Below, piece after piece: positions 61,128 to 64,000 of a DNA stretch of 64,000 nucleotides. The stretch spans positions 56,009 through 120,008 of IMG/VR virus record IMGVR_UViG_3300046167_000884. One strand, 5' to 3'. The stretch is from a virus. The position numbers and the translations under genes were made by a program. The stretch's first letter is position 1; each line of letters begins with the position of its first letter. Under the pieces are notes generated by a model. The model did no database searches. It was not told the DNA's origin and saw only the letters and a list, made by a program, of their open reading frames with translations.

Positions 61128-62342
61128 ATGCTTAAAAAAATTAAACAAGGAATGTTCCCATTCCTAATCGGATTTTCTGCCCTGTCAGTTTCAGCTTCGG
61201 CCGCTTTCTATTCAGTTAGTGGCTTAAGCAAACTTTTTGCTGGGGCTAGTTTGGAGGTTATTATAATGGCGGGTTCATTAGAATTTGCTAAATTAGTTAC
61301 AGCTTCACTTTTATACCAATATTGGGATAAGATTAATAAATCCTTACGTACTTATTTATCTATAGCAACTATTATATTAGTATTAATTACTAGTATGGGT
61401 ATTTATGGTTTTTTAAGTGCTGCATACCAGGAAACATACTCTAAATTATCTACTATAGAAAATCAAAAAGGCTTTATTCAAAAGAAAATTGACTTTTATC
61501 AAAATGATGTAAACAGATATGATGAAGAAATTAAAAGAATATCTAGTAATATTAGTACTTTATCTAATGCCAAAGCCTCATCGATCCAAGTACGAGACAC
61601 CTCGGTGGTTGGGGGTGTTCGAACAACAATCTCCACAACTGAACTTAGAATGGCGCAGAATCGTATTAACATTGAGGAGGAGAATCGTAAATTGGCGCAA
61701 TCAAAAAGAACAATAGCATCAGATAGTTTACAAAAATTCCAATTACAAGTATTAGATTTAGATAATAACAACGAAGTTGCTGGAGAATTAGGACCCCTGC
61801 AATATTTATCTGGACTTACGGGTGTATCTATGGATAAAATTATAAACTGGTTATTACTTATTATAATATTTGTGTTCGACCCTCTAGCAATATCTCTTGT
61901 AATAGCAGCTAACTTTGCTTTTGAAAAAGCATACCCAAAAAAGAAATATAAAGAAAATTTATATGGAGAATACTATGAAGACAAATTTTCAGAATGGGAT
62001 AATTTAGAAGATATTGAAGTTAAAGATGCAGAAGAAATAAAAACACAAGATGAATTTATGAAAAATTTAGATAATCTTGAAAAAGCTAGAGATTGGGAAG
62101 CAGCAGAACGAAGAATGGAAATTATAGGTCAAAATGGAAATGATGGAAATCATTATTCAGAATTAGATTTAAATAAAGATGGGATTATAAACAAAATTGA
62201 TAAAGAAATAGCTAAAAGAAGACTTCAAGAAATTAAAACTATTGAAAAAAATAGTTCATTAACCCAAGAATGGAAGAATAAATTAGCTAAAGAAAAAAAA
62301 TCTATTAAAGATAAGTTAGATGATTTAACCAAAAGATACTAA
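61128..62342 (+). CDS. Multi-TM membrane protein with long coiled coil
   Basis: Three N-terminal TM helices, coiled coil, GPLQYLSGLTG, further TM, DLNKDG motif. Confidence 0.7.
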   Translation: MLKKIKQGMFPFLIGFSALSVSASAAFYSVSGLSKLFAGASLEVIIMAGSLEFAKLVTASLLYQYWDKINKSLRTYLSIATIILVLITSMGIYGFLSAAYQETYSKLSTIENQKGFIQKKIDFYQNDVNRYDEEIKRISSNISTLSNAKASSIQVRDTSVVGGVRTTISTTELRMAQNRINIEEENRKLAQSKRTIASDSLQKFQLQVLDLDNNNEVAGELGPLQYLSGLTGVSMDKIINWLLLIIIFVFDPLAISLVIAANFAFEKAYPKKKYKENLYGEYYEDKFSEWDNLEDIEVKDAEEIKTQDEFMKNLDNLEKARDWEAAERRMEIIGQNGNDGNHYSELDLNKDGIINKIDKEIAKRRLQEIKTIEKNSSLTQEWKNKLAKEKKSIKDKLDDLTKRY

Positions 62343-62530
62343 TGAAAAGTTTTTTAAAATTCCTTATTATTTGGGTTAGCCAAAATTTAGCAATTCCTTT
62401 TTGGGTTGTAGGTCATATTCATTTGTCAATTCATAATTTCCATGATTTGATAGAAATTGGGGCATCAATAGGAATGAATTTAATAGTAGCAATTGGGTTT
62501 TTTATAGATTATAAAGAAAATGGAAAGTAA
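62342..62530 (+). CDS. Small membrane protein
   Basis: Two hydrophobic segments; TAATG coupling. Confidence 0.55.
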   Translation: MKSFLKFLIIWVSQNLAIPFWVVGHIHLSIHNFHDLIEIGASIGMNLIVAIGFFIDYKENGK

Positions 62531-62897
62531 AGAAATATTACAAATAGCAAATAAAGCATACCCTAAAATTAGGGCTCATTACGGTTTAGGTAAAAAAGAA
62601 TACCCACCAATTGAAGTGTATAGAAATATATTTGCTAGACTAAGTGGAGAACCAGATATGGAAGGTGATGACCCTGCAGAAGCTGAATTTGATCGTAAAA
62701 CAAATAAATTATTTATATACTCCGATTTTAATGATAGTGTTGAGGATGTAATTAGAGGAGTTATCCATGAGTACATACATTATTTACAATCTGGGTCTTG
62801 GATGAAAAGATATTATAATATGGGTTATACTTATGGTAACCACCCTTATGAAATTGATGCTAAAAAAGCAGAAGAAGATTGGAAAATGTTCGCGTAA
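62520..62897 (+). CDS. Zinc metallopeptidase-like (HExxH) protein
   Basis: VIHEYIHYLQ...NHPYEIDA. Confidence 0.7.
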   Translation: MESKEILQIANKAYPKIRAHYGLGKKEYPPIEVYRNIFARLSGEPDMEGDDPAEAEFDRKTNKLFIYSDFNDSVEDVIRGVIHEYIHYLQSGSWMKRYYNMGYTYGNHPYEIDAKKAEEDWKMFA

Positions 62898-62900
62898 AAA

Positions 62901-62932
62901 TTTGGCTATCGGGGATAAAGTTCGTATATTTA
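62901..62932 (+). promoter_or_regulatory. Bacteroidota sigma70-type promoter
   Basis: TTTG-N20-TATATTTA. Confidence 0.7.
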
Positions 62933-62968
62933 CCCTGTTGATAATTAAGTCAACGAATTAAGGTTATA

Positions 62969-63208
62969 ATGAGTCCAGAAAGTCTTTACATTGCAGAACA
63001 GGAATATTTTAGGTTTGAAGAGATTATGAATACAAAAACATACCTCACAAAAGAGGAGTATGATTTTTGTTTTTCATATGACAAAGACATTAGAGAAGAT
63101 ATGTCTTATATAGGTGATTATAGTAAATTAGGTGATTACTTAAACCTAAGAGTTTATACTGAATACTTACATCAAGAACATGTTCAGAAAATGGAAAGTG
63201 GAATTTAA
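62969..63208 (+). CDS. Hypothetical protein
   Basis: 79 aa, first gene after the promoter. Confidence 0.6.
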   Translation: MSPESLYIAEQEYFRFEEIMNTKTYLTKEEYDFCFSYDKDIREDMSYIGDYSKLGDYLNLRVYTEYLHQEHVQKMESGI

Positions 63209-63219
63209 AAATAAAAGTT

Positions 63220-63336
63220 ATGAAAAAATTCATTAAAAAGTACAAATCAGAAATAGATACAGTATCAAGTTTTTTGTTTATCGCAGCAATATTTTATACA
63301 TTATATTTTGCTTTATGGGTAGTTTGCCCTTGTTAA
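63220..63336 (+). CDS. 38-aa membrane micro-protein ending WVVCPC
   Basis: Translated by hand: MKKFIKKYKSEIDTVSSFLFIAAIFYTLYFALWVVCPC; AAAAGTTATG start context like its neighbours. Confidence 0.5.
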   Translation: MKKFIKKYKSEIDTVSSFLFIAAIFYTLYFALWVVCPC

Positions 63337-63355
63337 TATTTTTAAAATAAAGTTT

Positions 63356-63865
63356 ATGTTTGATATACCCATGTCAAGAAAAGAAGTAGATAAGCAATTA
63401 TCTCAATATCAAAAAATAAATTACAACCAATTTAGGTGGTGGAGGAGTTACCAACCAAAAAATAAACCACTTGATAACCGTAAACCTCTTCGTGAGCGTA
63501 TATTCAATGGTGATTTTGACTATTCATGTTATAAAGCCCAACAATATTCAGTTGAATATCAATTAAATGATATATTAAAAGAATGTGATATGGATTATGC
63601 TAAATACCTTGAAAAAACCCAAGTTATTAGAGCACGAAGAAAACGTCTAATTGAGGATTTCGAAAAAGATGAAGCTGAAAGATTACGTTCCTTAACAGTT
63701 GAATTTACAAAATATTTCAAATGTGATAGAGAACAAGTTGAAGAAGAAATGCTAAATTGTAGTGGCTCCCTGATAGATCTTTATTATATTATAGAAGAAA
63801 AGTATAAAATAGTTCATATGCCTGTTCCATTAAGGCGTAGGGGACGACCAAAAAAAGTTATATAA
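63356..63865 (+). CDS. Hypothetical protein
   Basis: 169 aa; basic C-terminal RRRGRPKK (AT-hook-like). Confidence 0.65.
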   Translation: MFDIPMSRKEVDKQLSQYQKINYNQFRWWRSYQPKNKPLDNRKPLRERIFNGDFDYSCYKAQQYSVEYQLNDILKECDMDYAKYLEKTQVIRARRKRLIEDFEKDEAERLRSLTVEFTKYFKCDREQVEEEMLNCSGSLIDLYYIIEEKYKIVHMPVPLRRRGRPKKVI

Positions 63866-64000
63866 ATGAAAGTATCACACGAAGTACCTCGCTGTTTACT
63901 AACAGCATCCCCTGAATTTAATGATTATGATTATGCCCTACCTCACTTGTTTGATCAAGATGAAGAATATTTACAATATTTTATGGATGCAAAAGCAGAT
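63866..64000 (+). CDS. Hypothetical protein, truncated by window end
   Basis: TAAATG coupling; MKVSHEVPRCLL...FNDYDYALPHL, open to the end. Confidence 0.6.
   Translation, partial: MKVSHEVPRCLLTASPEFNDYDYALPHLFDQDEEYLQYFMDAKAD

Noticed and set aside
6903-62776. Minus-strand ORFs in the track (e.g. 6903-7169, 20095-20424, 36465-36923, 40593-41075, 55269-55637)
   Set aside because: All are antisense shadows of strong + strand genes, with Ser/Phe/Leu-rich mirror composition and no promoters or recognisable motifs.
1-64000. Stop-codon reassignment (alternative genetic code)
   Set aside because: Core genes are full-length in the standard code; breaks are frame changes, not in-frame TAG/TGA.
1-64000. 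tRNA, rRNA, introns, inteins, homing endonucleases, integrase
   Set aside because: By eye, no cloverleaf/T-loop signatures in intergenic gaps. Terminase, helicase, RecA and RNR are of normal length, and no HNH/GIY-YIG/LAGLIDADG motifs were seen. A tRNAscan-SE run is needed to exclude tRNAs formally.

Overview
A very AT-rich 64 kb segment of a large T4-like (contractile-tail) phage genome, with every credible gene on the + strand. The host is most likely in Bacteroidota. Eight TTTG-N20-TAnnTT promoters match that phylum's housekeeping sigma consensus, starts have A-rich leaders instead of Shine-Dalgarno sites, and a lipoprotein carries a Bacteroidota-type export signal. Gene order: (1) 1-9.0 kb, acidic modular proteins, including a tandem array of six genes plus one remnant that share the leader MDNFDLKKYLAEG(R/K)L, with a 21-aa, 9-Cys micro-ORF embedded. 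(2) 9.1-12.8 kb, FAD oxidoreductase, P-loop kinase and an overlapping membrane-protein pair. (3) 12.8-27.7 kb, terminase, portal, prohead protease, scaffold, major capsid, PhoH and neck/tail-completion genes. (4) 27.8-35.4 kb, an island with APS kinase, nucleotidyltransferase, a multi-domain glycosyltransferase and nucleotide-sugar enzymes. (5) 35.8-48.7 kb, sheath, tube, chaperone, tape measure and baseplate. (6) 48.7-57.6 kb, family A polymerase, SSB, RecA, 5'-3' exonuclease, DnaB and class I RNR. (7) 57.7-64 kb, envelope/lysis genes and small genes. More than a dozen genes are broken by single extra bases, mostly duplicated G or C. These look like assembly errors, so several ORF-track entries are joined here. 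The best candidate novel system is the leader-tagged cassette array, read as capsid-packaged, protease-matured internal proteins with hypervariable payloads. All functional calls come from motif recognition by eye; no database searches were run.
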